A DNA stretch of 64,000 nt, from positions 124,001-188,000 of the forward strand of contig JBEKTZ010000006.1 of the NCBI GenBank assembly GCA_049515535.1, read 5' to 3'. Below are positions 37,505-47,971 of the stretch, one piece after another. The translations under genes and the position numbers were made by a program. The notes below the pieces were generated by a model that ran no database searches, was not told where the DNA came from, and worked only from the letters and a program-made list of their open reading frames with translations. Every line of letters starts with the position of its first letter. Position 1 is the first letter of the stretch. The DNA comes from Candidatus Aminicenantales bacterium. Lineage in GTDB: Bacteria; Acidobacteriota; Aminicenantia; Aminicenantales; UBA4085.

Positions 37505-39798
37505 AGATCACCATCGATAAGAAGACGATCGAAGTCGACGGGCGGATAACCGTCCTCGAAACCGCCCGGGAACATGGGATCTATATCCCGTCCCTCTGCG
37601 ATCATCCCCGCCTCGAGCCTTTTGCGGCCTGCCGACTCTGCCTGGTCGAGATCAAGGGCCGGAAAGGTTACAGCCCCGCCTGCAGCACTTATGCCGAAGA
37701 CGGCCTGGACATCACGACCCAAAAGCCGGAACTCCAAAAGCTGAGACGAAACATCCTTGAGTTCATCCTTTCCGAACATCCCAGCGCCTGCCTGATCTGC
37801 AGCGAGAAAAACACGTACGATGAGTGCAAATCCACGATCCGGAAGGTCGGGGAGACGACGGGCTGCATCTTGTGCTGGAAGAGCGGCCGCTGCGATCTGC
37901 AGAAGGTCGTGGAATATCTGCGGCTGGAGAAGGTCGAATTCCCCGCCGTCTATCGAAACTCCGATGTCCGCAAGGATGACCCGTTCATCGATCGGGATTA
38001 CAACCTTTGCATTCTCTGCGGACGCTGCGTCCGGATCTGCCATGAGGTCCGCGGCGTATCGGCGCTGTCCTTCATCCGGCGCGGGCCTTGGACGGCGATC
38101 GGGACGGAGCTCGACGGCCGGCTTTTCGAAACGGATTGCCAGTTCTGCGGCGCCTGCGTGGACGTCTGTCCGACGGGAGCGCTGGCCGAACGGGCCGTCC
38201 GCTACGACGCGGCTCCCGACGCGAAAAAAGACGCGGTCTGCGCCATGTGCGGCCAGGGATGCCGGTTGACCATCGAGCTCCGGGAAGGAAGAATCCGGCG
38301 CTCGGTTCCAGCGGATGACGGCGCCGTGAACAGGGGTCAGGCGTGCGTCAAAGGCCGGTTTCTCGTCCGCGACGCGGTGTCTCACCCGCGAAGGATCCTT
38401 CGGCCTCTCGTGCGGAAGAACGGCGGACTCGAAGAGACGTCCTGGGACGATGCGTTGAGCCGGGCCGCGGCCGGGCTGTCCCGGTTCAAGGGCGAGGACA
38501 TCGCCCTCTTTGGATCGGCCCAGCATTCCTGCGAAGACGCGTATCTTTTCCGAAAATTCGGCCGGGAGGGATTGACGTCGGAACATATCGCCGGGCCTGA
38601 AGATTTTTCGGCTGCGGCCAGGCTCGCGCGCTTCGAGAGATCGAACGGTCTCGCGGCGGCGCTGAATTTCCGGATCGCCGATATCGGCAAGGCGCGAACG
38701 ATCGTCGTCTTCGGCGAAGACCTTCCCGCGGAGCATCCCCTGATCTGGCTCGAGGTCTTCCGGGCGCTGCGCCGCGGAGCCAAGATGATCCTGGCCGGTT
38801 CCAAGGAATTGTGTTTCCATCGCTGCGCTTCGGGCTGGCTGCGGCTCGGACCGGAAAAAGGAGGCGTCCTTCTGACGGCCCTATCCAAAATGCTTCTTGA
38901 AAGCCATGACGCCGGCGGCGCGGTCAAGGCTGACGGCTTCGCCGAATTCCAAAAGCGATTGGAGGATTTCGATCTGCCCGAAGCTCTGGCCCGAATGGGA
39001 ATCGCCGAAGAAAAACTGAACCGGCTGGCCCTGATCCTGGAAAAGCGAAAACCCGCCGCGCTTCTTTTCGGCGCGAATTTCTGTGAAGGGCCTTACGGAG
39101 AGACGAACCTCGAGGCCATGGAAAACCTGGCCTTTCTGATAGAGGGGAGGCTTTTTCCCTTGGCCGCCGACGCCAATACCCGCGGGGCCCTGGCGATCTC
39201 CCAAGCTTATGAAACGAACAAAGAAGATCCCGATCGGGTTCTGTCTTTGATCCGCCGAGGTGTCTTCAAAGCGCTATATCTCGCCGGGTCGGCGCCGAAA
39301 CTGGAAAGAGGAAAGGCCGAGTTCGTGATCGTCCAAAGCCCATACGCGACCGAGAATCTCGATATCGCCGATGTCGTTCTTCCTCAAACGACGTTTGCGG
39401 AATCCGACGGCGCGTTTGTGAATACGGAAGGCCGGGCGCAAGCGAGCCCGCGGGCGATCGAGCCCGCGGGGGAGTCCAGGCCCGGATGGCGCATCGTCCG
39501 CGATCTTGCTCAAAAAATGGGTTTGTCCGGCTTTGCTTTCGCGAATGTGACCGCCGTATTCGAGGCGATGGCCAAATCCGTTCCGGGCTTTCACGGAATG
39601 AAGGCCGGAGGCCTGGGCCGGGAGACGTTCCTCCAAGAACAGGCCCGGAACGGAAAAAAGTTCATCTCGACCGGGCCGCCCCAAGCGTCGGACGGCTCCT
39701 CCGCTTCTCCGTTCGACAGCAGCTCCGATATCTATGAAGGATTAGACATGGCCCAAGACCATCAAAGCTTGAATCTCATCAGGAAACGGAAATTCTGA
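37501..39798 (+). CDS. NuoG/FdhF-like Fe-S subunit with molybdopterin-fold domain
   Basis: IPSLC...CRLC...PAC, HPSACLIC, CILCGRCVRIC, CQFCGACVDVCP, CAMCGQGC...CVKG, DGAFVNTEGR. Confidence 0.85.
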   Translation: MKITIDKKTIEVDGRITVLETAREHGIYIPSLCDHPRLEPFAACRLCLVEIKGRKGYSPACSTYAEDGLDITTQKPELQKLRRNILEFILSEHPSACLICSEKNTYDECKSTIRKVGETTGCILCWKSGRCDLQKVVEYLRLEKVEFPAVYRNSDVRKDDPFIDRDYNLCILCGRCVRICHEVRGVSALSFIRRGPWTAIGTELDGRLFETDCQFCGACVDVCPTGALAERAVRYDAAPDAKKDAVCAMCGQGCRLTIELREGRIRRSVPADDGAVNRGQACVKGRFLVRDAVSHPRRILRPLVRKNGGLEETSWDDALSRAAAGLSRFKGEDIALFGSAQHSCEDAYLFRKFGREGLTSEHIAGPEDFSAAARLARFERSNGLAAALNFRIADIGKARTIVVFGEDLPAEHPLIWLEVFRALRRGAKMILAGSKELCFHRCASGWLRLGPEKGGVLLTALSKMLLESHDAGGAVKADGFAEFQKRLEDFDLPEALARMGIAEEKLNRLALILEKRKPAALLFGANFCEGPYGETNLEAMENLAFLIEGRLFPLAADANTRGALAISQAYETNKEDPDRVLSLIRRGVFKALYLAGSAPKLERGKAEFVIVQSPYATENLDIADVVLPQTTFAESDGAFVNTEGRAQASPRAIEPAGESRPGWRIVRDLAQKMGLSGFAFANVTAVFEAMAKSVPGFHGMKAGGLGRETFLQEQARNGKKFISTGPPQASDGSSASPFDSSSDIYEGLDMAQDHQSLNLIRKRKF

Positions 39799-40304
39799 TG
39801 GCTAGGATCCTGGACCGCCGCCTCGTCCCCAACCTTCATCTTCTCGAAGTCCACGCCCCCGAATTGGCGAGAAAATGCCGGCCCGGGCAATTCGTCATTA
39901 TCATGCCCGACGAGAAAGGAGAACGGATCCCCCTCTCCATCGCCGACTGGGACGAGAGGGAAATGACCGAAAAGAAGAGCGATCTGCCGCCCGATCTCCG
40001 GGAGAGGCTCAAAGCGGAGTTCGAAAAGGACTGGCGCAAAGAACTGCACAAAGCTCTTCCCGTCAAAGAGCGGATGAAGATTCCGCGCCGGATGATGCCG
40101 GAGCGGGAGTCCAGAATCCGAAACCGCGATTTCAAGGAAGTCAACCTTGGTCTCGAGGTCGAAGAGGCCCTCGCCGAAGCAGGGGTTTATGCGGGCGGAA
40201 ATATCATCCGGGGCGGATCGACGGTCATTTTGGCCATGGGTGACGGCCGGACCGCGGCCGCGGAAATCGACAAATATTTAAGAAAGAAGAAGCGCCCGGC
40301 ATGA
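39798..40304 (+). pseudogene. Collapsed nfnA-nfnB (sudBA/gltD-like) remnant with two internal deletions
   Basis: aa 1-52 NfnA N-terminus (PGQFVII..GERIPLSIAD); from aa 56 NfnB N-terminus (FKEVNLG..EEALAEA); then NfnB C-terminus (GVYAGG..TVILAMGDGR). Confidence 0.8.
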
Positions 40305-40963
40305 GACAAAGCGACCTGTTTCCGGGAACCGCGGGCCATATCGGAACCGACGAATCCGGAAAAGGCGATTATTTCGGCCCGCTCGTCATCGCCGGTTTTT
40401 TTCTTCCGGACGGCCAGGCGCACGTCCTCAAGGAACTCGGAGTCAAGGACAGCAAAAAACTCTCGGATAACCGCTGCCGGGAAATCGCGGAGACATTGAC
40501 GGCCGGCTATCCGCACGCGATCGTCGCCATCGGTCCCGAAAAATACAACGAGCTCTACGCCAAGATCCGCAACCTGAACAAAATGCTGGCTTGGGGACAC
40601 GCGCGCGTCATCGAGAATATCCTGGCCGATGTGCCATGCGCCACGGCCGTCACCGACCAGTTCGGCGACGAGAGATTCGTCCTGAACGCTCTGATGAAGC
40701 ATGGGAAAAATATCGAGCTCATCCAGCGGACCAAGGGGGAGTCCGATCCGGCGGTGGCGGCGGCTTCCATCCTGGCCCGGGCGGAATTCTTGAAGCGGCT
40801 TCATCTTTTGGGACGAGAATGGAGCCAGATCCTGCCTAAAGGGGCCGGGCCGCAGGTCGAAACGGCCGCCGTCGCCCTCATCCGCAAGTACGGCGCTGGC
40901 GTCCTGGATAAAACCGTAAAGAAGCATTTTAAAATCACGGAAAGAGTGCTCAAGGCGGTTTAA
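40301..40963 (+). CDS. rnhC: Ribonuclease HIII, catalytic domain only
   Basis: IGTDESGKGDYFGPLV, GVKDSKKL, YNELY, DQF, AVAAASILAR, LPKGAG, KKHFK. Confidence 0.88.
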   Translation: MRQSDLFPGTAGHIGTDESGKGDYFGPLVIAGFFLPDGQAHVLKELGVKDSKKLSDNRCREIAETLTAGYPHAIVAIGPEKYNELYAKIRNLNKMLAWGHARVIENILADVPCATAVTDQFGDERFVLNALMKHGKNIELIQRTKGESDPAVAAASILARAEFLKRLHLLGREWSQILPKGAGPQVETAAVALIRKYGAGVLDKTVKKHFKITERVLKAV

Positions 40964-40967
40964 AGAC

Positions 40968-42185
40968 ATGATCATCCTTCTGAAGATCGTCACCATCATC
41001 CTGGTCCTTCTTTTTCTCATCCGGATGAAATGGGACCTCGGCCTGTCGCTGTTCATCGATTCCGCCATGACGGCGATCCTGTTCAAGATGAACATCACGG
41101 ATTTCGCGAAAAACGTCGGAAGCGCGCTCATCTCCGGCGAAACCCTGAGCCTCGTCGCCATCGTGATCCTCGTCCTCTATTTGGGAAATTTCCTCCAGGT
41201 CGGCGGCCATTTCCGGAGAATGGTGGAAGCCCTCAAAAACCTCGTTCGTGACCCGCGGCTGATTTTGGCCATCCCGTCCGCGTTCATCGGGCTTCTTCCC
41301 ATGACGGCGGGGGCCATGATGGGCGCGCCGATCGTCGAGGAGGCGGCCCGGCGATGGAACCTGACGGCGCCATGGAAGACGTTTTTCAATTATTGGTTCC
41401 GGCATATCTGGGAATATAGCTGGCCGCTTTATATCAATTTGATCTTGGCGGCGGCCATCGTCCAGGCGCCGCTCAAGAAGATCTGCTACACGCAGTTCCC
41501 TTTCACGATTCTGGCCGCGGCTGCGGGGCTGGTCGTTCTCTTCAAGAATGTCCCGTTTCTTCCACCGGAACAATACGCCGCGAAGACATTCATGGACGTC
41601 GTCAGAGTCTTCTGGAGCATCTGGCCGATCTTCCTGACGATCATCTTGAATTTCGTCTTCCGATTGAACCTGCTCGTCGCTCTGGGAATAGCGAGTATCC
41701 TGACCCAGGTGTTTTCCAGAATGAGGCTCAAGGACCGTTGGGAGCTCGTCCTGGGAAGTCTTTCGCCTAAGATCATCCTGCTCACCGCCGCGGTCATGGT
41801 CTTCAAACAGATCCTGGAAGCGTCGGGGGCCCTGGATTCGGTCGTTCGCGTGTTTCCGCCTCACGGCGCTACGGCTTACATCCTGCTTTTCGCGGCGCCG
41901 TTTTTCGTCGGACTGCTGACCGGCGTCAACCAGGCCTTCGTGGCCATCTCGTTCCCTCTCCTCCTGCCGATCATCGGCAAGGGACAGCCGGACATGATCC
42001 TCCTTCTCTTCGCCTATGTCAGCGGATTTTGCGGCATTTTGCTGTCCCCCGCCCATCTCTGCCTGGCCCTGACGGCGGATTATTTCAAGGCCGAGCTGCG
42101 CGCGGTCTACAAGATCTTGATCTGGCCCGTGAGCGTCGTCTTCTCGGCTGCGTTCCTGGCCTTATTGATATTCAGGATTTTATAA
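40968..42185 (+). CDS. DUF401 family membrane protein
   Basis: IGLLPM..GA...AP, NYWFRHIWE..WPLY, LSPAHLCL. Confidence 0.82.
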   Translation: MIILLKIVTIILVLLFLIRMKWDLGLSLFIDSAMTAILFKMNITDFAKNVGSALISGETLSLVAIVILVLYLGNFLQVGGHFRRMVEALKNLVRDPRLILAIPSAFIGLLPMTAGAMMGAPIVEEAARRWNLTAPWKTFFNYWFRHIWEYSWPLYINLILAAAIVQAPLKKICYTQFPFTILAAAAGLVVLFKNVPFLPPEQYAAKTFMDVVRVFWSIWPIFLTIILNFVFRLNLLVALGIASILTQVFSRMRLKDRWELVLGSLSPKIILLTAAVMVFKQILEASGALDSVVRVFPPHGATAYILLFAAPFFVGLLTGVNQAFVAISFPLLLPIIGKGQPDMILLLFAYVSGFCGILLSPAHLCLALTADYFKAELRAVYKILIWPVSVVFSAAFLALLIFRIL

Positions 42186-42187
42186 CC

Positions 42188-43381
42188 ATGAACAAAACAC
42201 AAAAGCTCTACTTTGACGATGCCTACCTGGTGGAATTCGAAGCCGCCGTCGTCGCCAGGCTCGTTGATCAGGGCCAACCGGCGGTCGTCCTCGACCGGAC
42301 CTGCTTTTATCCGGAGTCCGGCGGCCAGCCCTGGGACAAAGGAACGCTCGATGGGGTCGAGGTCTTGAATGTCGTCGAGGATGGAGAGATGATCGTCCAT
42401 GTTTTGGCTAAGGACCTCCCATCCGACCGCGTGAAGGGGAAGATCGACTGGGCGGCGCGGTTCGATCACATGCAGCAGCATTCCGGCCAGCATATCCTGT
42501 CCCAGGCTTTTTTCGAGTCGTTGAAGGGCGAGACGCGATCTTTCCATCTCGGCGCCGACGTTTCGACTTTGGAGATCGCCCTGGCCATGGCCGCCGATGG
42601 AGATATTGAGCGCGTCGAGCGCCGGGCGAACGCCATCGTCTTCGAAAACCGGGAGATCAAGACCTATTTCGTCCCGGAAGAGCGGATTGGGGAAATCCCC
42701 TTGCGCCGGCCGCCCAAGGTGACGGGGCTGATCCGTGTCGTCGAGGCGGACGCCTTCGATTACTCGGCCTGCGGCGGGACGCATTGCCGGAGGACGGGGG
42801 AGATCGGCCTGATCAAGATCGTGAAGTCGGAGCGCATCCGGGGGAATCTGCGCTTCGAGTTCGTCTGCGGCGGCCGCGCTCTCCGGGATTACGCTCTTAA
42901 GAACCGGATCGTCCGGCAGCTTATCGGCCAGTTCAACGTGAAGGAGGCCGATATCGCCGTCTCGGTCGGCAGGCGCGCGGAGGAATTGAAGACGGCGAAA
43001 AAACGGCTCCGCAGAAGCGAAGAAGCGCTCTCCGTCTTCGAAGCCCGGGGGTTCATGGACAAGGCCGAAGGGAAGATCATCCGGGAGATCTTCGGCGACA
43101 AATCGCCGGAGGGGGCGCGATTTCTGGCGCTCAACATTATCCGGCAAGGCGAATACGTCGTTTTGTTCGGCGCGAAGTCGGAAACCCGGAGCCATTTGAT
43201 CCTGGCCTGTTCCGAAACCCTGACGCTCGATATGCGCCGGCTGACGCCGGTCGTCGCTCCCCTCATGAACGGGCGGGGCGGCGGAGGCCCGACCCTCGTC
43301 GAGATCGCGGGCGACCTTGCCGCGGATCTGCGCGGCGTCATCGCCGCGGCCGAGGATTTCGTCAGGAAAAACCCGGCCTAG
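42188..43381 (+). CDS. AlaX-type alanyl-tRNA editing protein with DHHA1 domain
   Basis: FYPESGGQP.D.G, HMQQHSGQHIL, ACGGTH, GRGGG. Confidence 0.9.
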   Translation: MNKTQKLYFDDAYLVEFEAAVVARLVDQGQPAVVLDRTCFYPESGGQPWDKGTLDGVEVLNVVEDGEMIVHVLAKDLPSDRVKGKIDWAARFDHMQQHSGQHILSQAFFESLKGETRSFHLGADVSTLEIALAMAADGDIERVERRANAIVFENREIKTYFVPEERIGEIPLRRPPKVTGLIRVVEADAFDYSACGGTHCRRTGEIGLIKIVKSERIRGNLRFEFVCGGRALRDYALKNRIVRQLIGQFNVKEADIAVSVGRRAEELKTAKKRLRRSEEALSVFEARGFMDKAEGKIIREIFGDKSPEGARFLALNIIRQGEYVVLFGAKSETRSHLILACSETLTLDMRRLTPVVAPLMNGRGGGGPTLVEIAGDLAADLRGVIAAAEDFVRKNPA

Positions 43382-43458
43382 CCGCCGCCTTTTTTTTCAT
43401 TCGTCAGGGCCGCGAGAAACGCGGTGAATAAGGAAGCCATGTCCCGGAGGTTCGGTGG

Positions 43459-43737
43459 ATGAAGAGAAAAAAATATTTTATCGCTTTGGCCGTCACGATC
43501 CTGAATCTCGCGGTCTTCGCCCAGGAATTACGGCACGACGTCTCCGTCGTCAACATCGAGGTTCCCGTCCGGGTTTTCAAGGGCGAGGCGTTCGCCGGGA
43601 AGACCAAAACGAAGATCGCCGACGAACTCCGGGGGAAACTGCGAAAGGATATTGAAGTGAAGAATTTCTCCGACAGCGGACGGGACCCCGGGCTTTGCCC
43701 GGGGGTCCATTTCCGCCGTACTCGCCCGTGGATATAA
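43459..43737 (+). pseudogene. Remnant of an exported VWA-associated-type protein, running into repeat A
   Basis: Signal peptide + QELRHDVSVVNIEVPVRVFKG, then GKLRKDIEVK; last ~20 codons are repeat-derived. Confidence 0.5.
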
Positions 43738-43780
43738 GCCACGGGCGAGTGGCGAGCCGAAGGCTCGTCCCTTGATTCAT
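43668..43780. repeat. Palindromic repeat family A, copy 2 (full length)
   Basis: GGACCCCGGGC-TTT-GCCCGGGGGTCC; ACTCGCCCGTGG-ATATAAG-CCACGGGCGAGT; GAGCC-GAA-GGCTC; GTCCCTTGA. Confidence 0.9.
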
Positions 43781-45023
43781 TCGTAGCGGAGAGAAATGAT
43801 GGGGTCGACCTTGGCGGCTTTTTGGGCGGGAAAGATGCCGAAGAAAAGGCCGACCGAGATCGAGACGAATAATCCCAGGAACACGGACCAGGGCGTGACG
43901 GCGGCCGGCAGCGGGGTGGCTGCCCGGACGAGAAAAGCCACCGCGAATCCGATCAGCGTTCCGAGCAGGCCGCCCATCCCCGTCAAGACCATCGCTTCGA
44001 TCAAGAACTGTTTCAGGATATCGGCTGAGCGGGCGCCGAGCGCCTTGCGGATGCCGATCTCGCACGTTCGTTCTTTGGCCGAGACGAGCATGATATTCAT
44101 GACGCCGATGCCTCCGACGAGGAGTCCGATCGACGAGATGACGATCATGACCAGGTACGCCGCGCCCGTGATCTGATTGTAGAGATCGAGCATGGTCTCC
44201 TGGGTGAAGATGGAGAAATCATCGGGTTTTCCATAAGGGACCTTCCGCCGGACGCGAAGCACGTTGCGGATCTGCTCGAGAGACTCCAGGATCGTGCCTG
44301 GCGTCTTTGGGACGGCGCCGATCTCCAGGCTGGTTTTATCGTAGTCGAAATATTTCATGAACGTGGTGATCGGAAGCGCGACCAAGTTGTCGCGGCTCTG
44401 GCCGAAGATCTGGCCGCGCTTGTTGAGAACGCCGATGATGGTGAATTTTTCGGGGCCGACCCGGATCTCCTTGCCGACGGCGCTCGTATGGGGGAAGAGG
44501 GTTTCGGCCGTTTCGAACCCGAGCATGGCCACGCGGCTGGAATGCGTGACTTCGGATTCCGTCAGGAACCGACCCTCTTTGGGCAGATAAAGGTTATAAA
44601 CCGTGGTGAATTTGTCGTTCACGCCGAGGATGAGGGTGTTTTCGCTCTTGATATTCTGATATTTGACCGGAATTTCCTCGAACACGTTGGTGTGCAGGTT
44701 GGCCGTGACGGCTTTGATCAAAGGGGCTCCCTGCTCGATGGCTTTGGCGTCCTCGTAGGTCAGGTCCTTCCGCTGGCGCTCTGCCTCGGTCAGCTGCCCC
44801 ATCTGCACGGGGTTATTCTTGTAGACGATGATCAAATCCGATCCCGCCGATTCGAGCTCCTTGATGAAGGATTTGTTCAGCCCCTCGATGATCGAGACCA
44901 TGCCGATGACGGTCATGACGCCGATCATGATCCCGAGGAGCGTCAGGAACGAGCGGAGCTTGTGTGTTCTCAGTGAGTCGAAGGCCATGGCGAAGATTTC
45001 CCGGAAAATGCCGTGCCGGACCG

Positions 45024-45027
<4 letters not shown>
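43777..45027 (-). CDS. MacB/FtsX-type ABC permease
   Basis: KLRSFLTLLGI, LLVGGIGVMNIMLVS..ERT.EIGIRKALGA, PAQKAAKVDPI.SLRYE. Confidence 0.92.
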
Positions 45028-46259
<1,232 letters not shown>

Positions 46260-46339
46260 TGAACGAGCTCAATATTTTACATGAAATCATACGAAAATGC
46301 GAAGAAATGGTTTCGCCGCCAGTGCCGGTTTGCGGCAAG

Positions 46340-46527
46340 ACCCCATTTAGTAAATAGAGTCTGACCGCATAATTGCGTTCACGAAATGCTCCAGGGAAGG
46401 GTGGCAGGGAGCGAAGCTCCCGTTGGAGGGAAACCCTAAAAAGGGTTTCCCTCCAAGAGTGCCCGGCGTCACCCGTTCTCCCCTGCCGCCGTGACTCATA
46501 TCGATACCTCGTCTTGAAAACTGGACT
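46340..46527. repeat. Composite repeat family B, copy 2 (B1 inverted relative to copy 1)
   Basis: GGGAGC-GAA-GCTCCC and perfect TTGGAGGGAAACCC-TAAAAA-GGGTTTCCCTCCAA hairpins, then GCCCGGCGTCACCCGTTCTCCC...TCGATACCTCGT. Confidence 0.88.
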
Positions 46528-46664
46528 GCGATCAGTGGTCTTGTCGCTTGACTTTGGAAAGACAAGACGACACAATGGGAAAAAGATGAAAAGCGTCGCG
46601 CGCGTCGCGGAATCCGGGACAAACGTCGCCCGGCTTCGGGTCGACGCGTCATGAGGAGACGACC

Positions 46665-47225
46665 ATGAAACGATTAGCCGGCCTCGTCCTCGTCCTCGCC
46701 CTGTTTTTGACGGCGGTCAATGCCTATTCCCAGGTCGGGATTTATATGGGCGGTTTCGCCGGGTACTCAGCCCAGAAGCCGAGTTTCGACAACGCGACGT
46801 TCACCACGAACACAACGTTTCTCTACGGCCTGCACGGGGGGATCCGGTTCCTGATGCTGGCGCTCGAGGTGAGCTATTTCAAGGCGATCCACAACCTCAC
46901 TTTGAGCGATTTCCTAGTTTTAAACTGGAACGGCAAAATCAACGACTACAGCTACATCGGCCTCGATCTCAAATATATTTTTTCGTTGGTGTTTCTCCAT
47001 CCCTATCTGACAGTCGGCTACGGATACTATACCGCCAATATCGAACAGATCGACAAAGATAAAGAGGGCGGCTATAATTTCGGCGCCGGGCTTGAGATCT
47101 CGTTCAGCAAAAAGATTTCGCTGATCGCCGAAGGCCGATACCACCACGTCACCGTGGACATCCAGCACATCCAACTCGGCTTGGGCAATTTCACGCTCAC
47201 CGGGGGGCTCAACATTTATTTTTGA
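46665..47225 (+). CDS. Outer-membrane beta-barrel protein (OmpA-TM/porin family)
   Basis: Signal peptide, HPYLTVGYGYY, NFGAGLE, C-terminal GGLNIYF; SD GAGGAG. Confidence 0.82.
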   Translation: MKRLAGLVLVLALFLTAVNAYSQVGIYMGGFAGYSAQKPSFDNATFTTNTTFLYGLHGGIRFLMLALEVSYFKAIHNLTLSDFLVLNWNGKINDYSYIGLDLKYIFSLVFLHPYLTVGYGYYTANIEQIDKDKEGGYNFGAGLEISFSKKISLIAEGRYHHVTVDIQHIQLGLGNFTLTGGLNIYF

Positions 47226-47971
47226 TGGACATCCGCCTCAATAAATATCTGGCTCAACGAGGGATCGCTTCGCGTCGGGAAGCCGACCGGATGATCCAGG
47301 ACGGCCGGATCTCGGTCAACGGCCGGATCGTCGAGGACCTCGGCCACAAGATCGATGCGGCGAGCGATCGGGTGGCCGTCGACGGCAGAAAAATCAAACA
47401 GGGACGGGATCTCGTTTATATGGCCCTCAACAAGCCAGCCGGGTTTCTGGTGACGCTCAGCGATCCGCTGGGCCGGGCGACGATCCGAAACCTGATCCCC
47501 TCGCTCCCCGCCGGCGTCAATCCCGTCGGGAGGCTGGACAAGGACAGCGAGGGGCTTCTGCTTCTGACGAGCGACGGCGAACTGGCCTTCCGTCTGACGC
47601 ATCCCCGCTATGAAATCCCCAAGGTCTATTTCGTCCGCGTGCAGGGCGCGATCAGCGCGGAGAAGATCGCCAGAATCGAAAAGGGCGTCTTCGTCGAAGG
47701 GAGAAAGACGGCGCCGGCCAAGATCACGGTCCTGGAAGCGAACGCTCAGTTCGGCACCCTGCAGGTCGAGATCCACGAAGGACGGAAGCGCGAAGTCCGG
47801 CAGATGTTCGAAGCCGTGGGCCACGATGTCGCGCGTTTGAAGCGGGTGAGCTTCGCCGGGCTCCGGCTCGAGAACCTGCCCGCCGGAAAATGGCGTTTCT
47901 TGAAAAAGGAGGAGGTCCGAAGGCTGAGGCGCCTGGTGGCCTTGGACCCCATGCCGAGGGACGATGAATGA
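47225..47971 (+). CDS. rRNA pseudouridine synthase (RluB/RsuA family)
   Basis: S4 domain RLNKYLA..G.ASRR, NKP.G, VGRLDKDSEGLLLLT, EGRKREVRQM. Confidence 0.92.
   Translation: MDIRLNKYLAQRGIASRREADRMIQDGRISVNGRIVEDLGHKIDAASDRVAVDGRKIKQGRDLVYMALNKPAGFLVTLSDPLGRATIRNLIPSLPAGVNPVGRLDKDSEGLLLLTSDGELAFRLTHPRYEIPKVYFVRVQGAISAEKIARIEKGVFVEGRKTAPAKITVLEANAQFGTLQVEIHEGRKREVRQMFEAVGHDVARLKRVSFAGLRLENLPAGKWRFLKKEEVRRLRRLVALDPMPRDDE

Noticed and set aside
35157..39798. Selenocysteine formate dehydrogenase or [FeFe]-hydrogenase
   Set aside because: No in-frame TGA, no catalytic C/U-H motif and no H-cluster motifs.
43668..43780. Repeats A or B as CRISPR repeats, tRNAs or simple terminators
   Set aside because: Copies are dispersed with no spacer array or cas genes, show no cloverleaf or TTCGA arm, lack U-tracts, and several lie between divergent genes.
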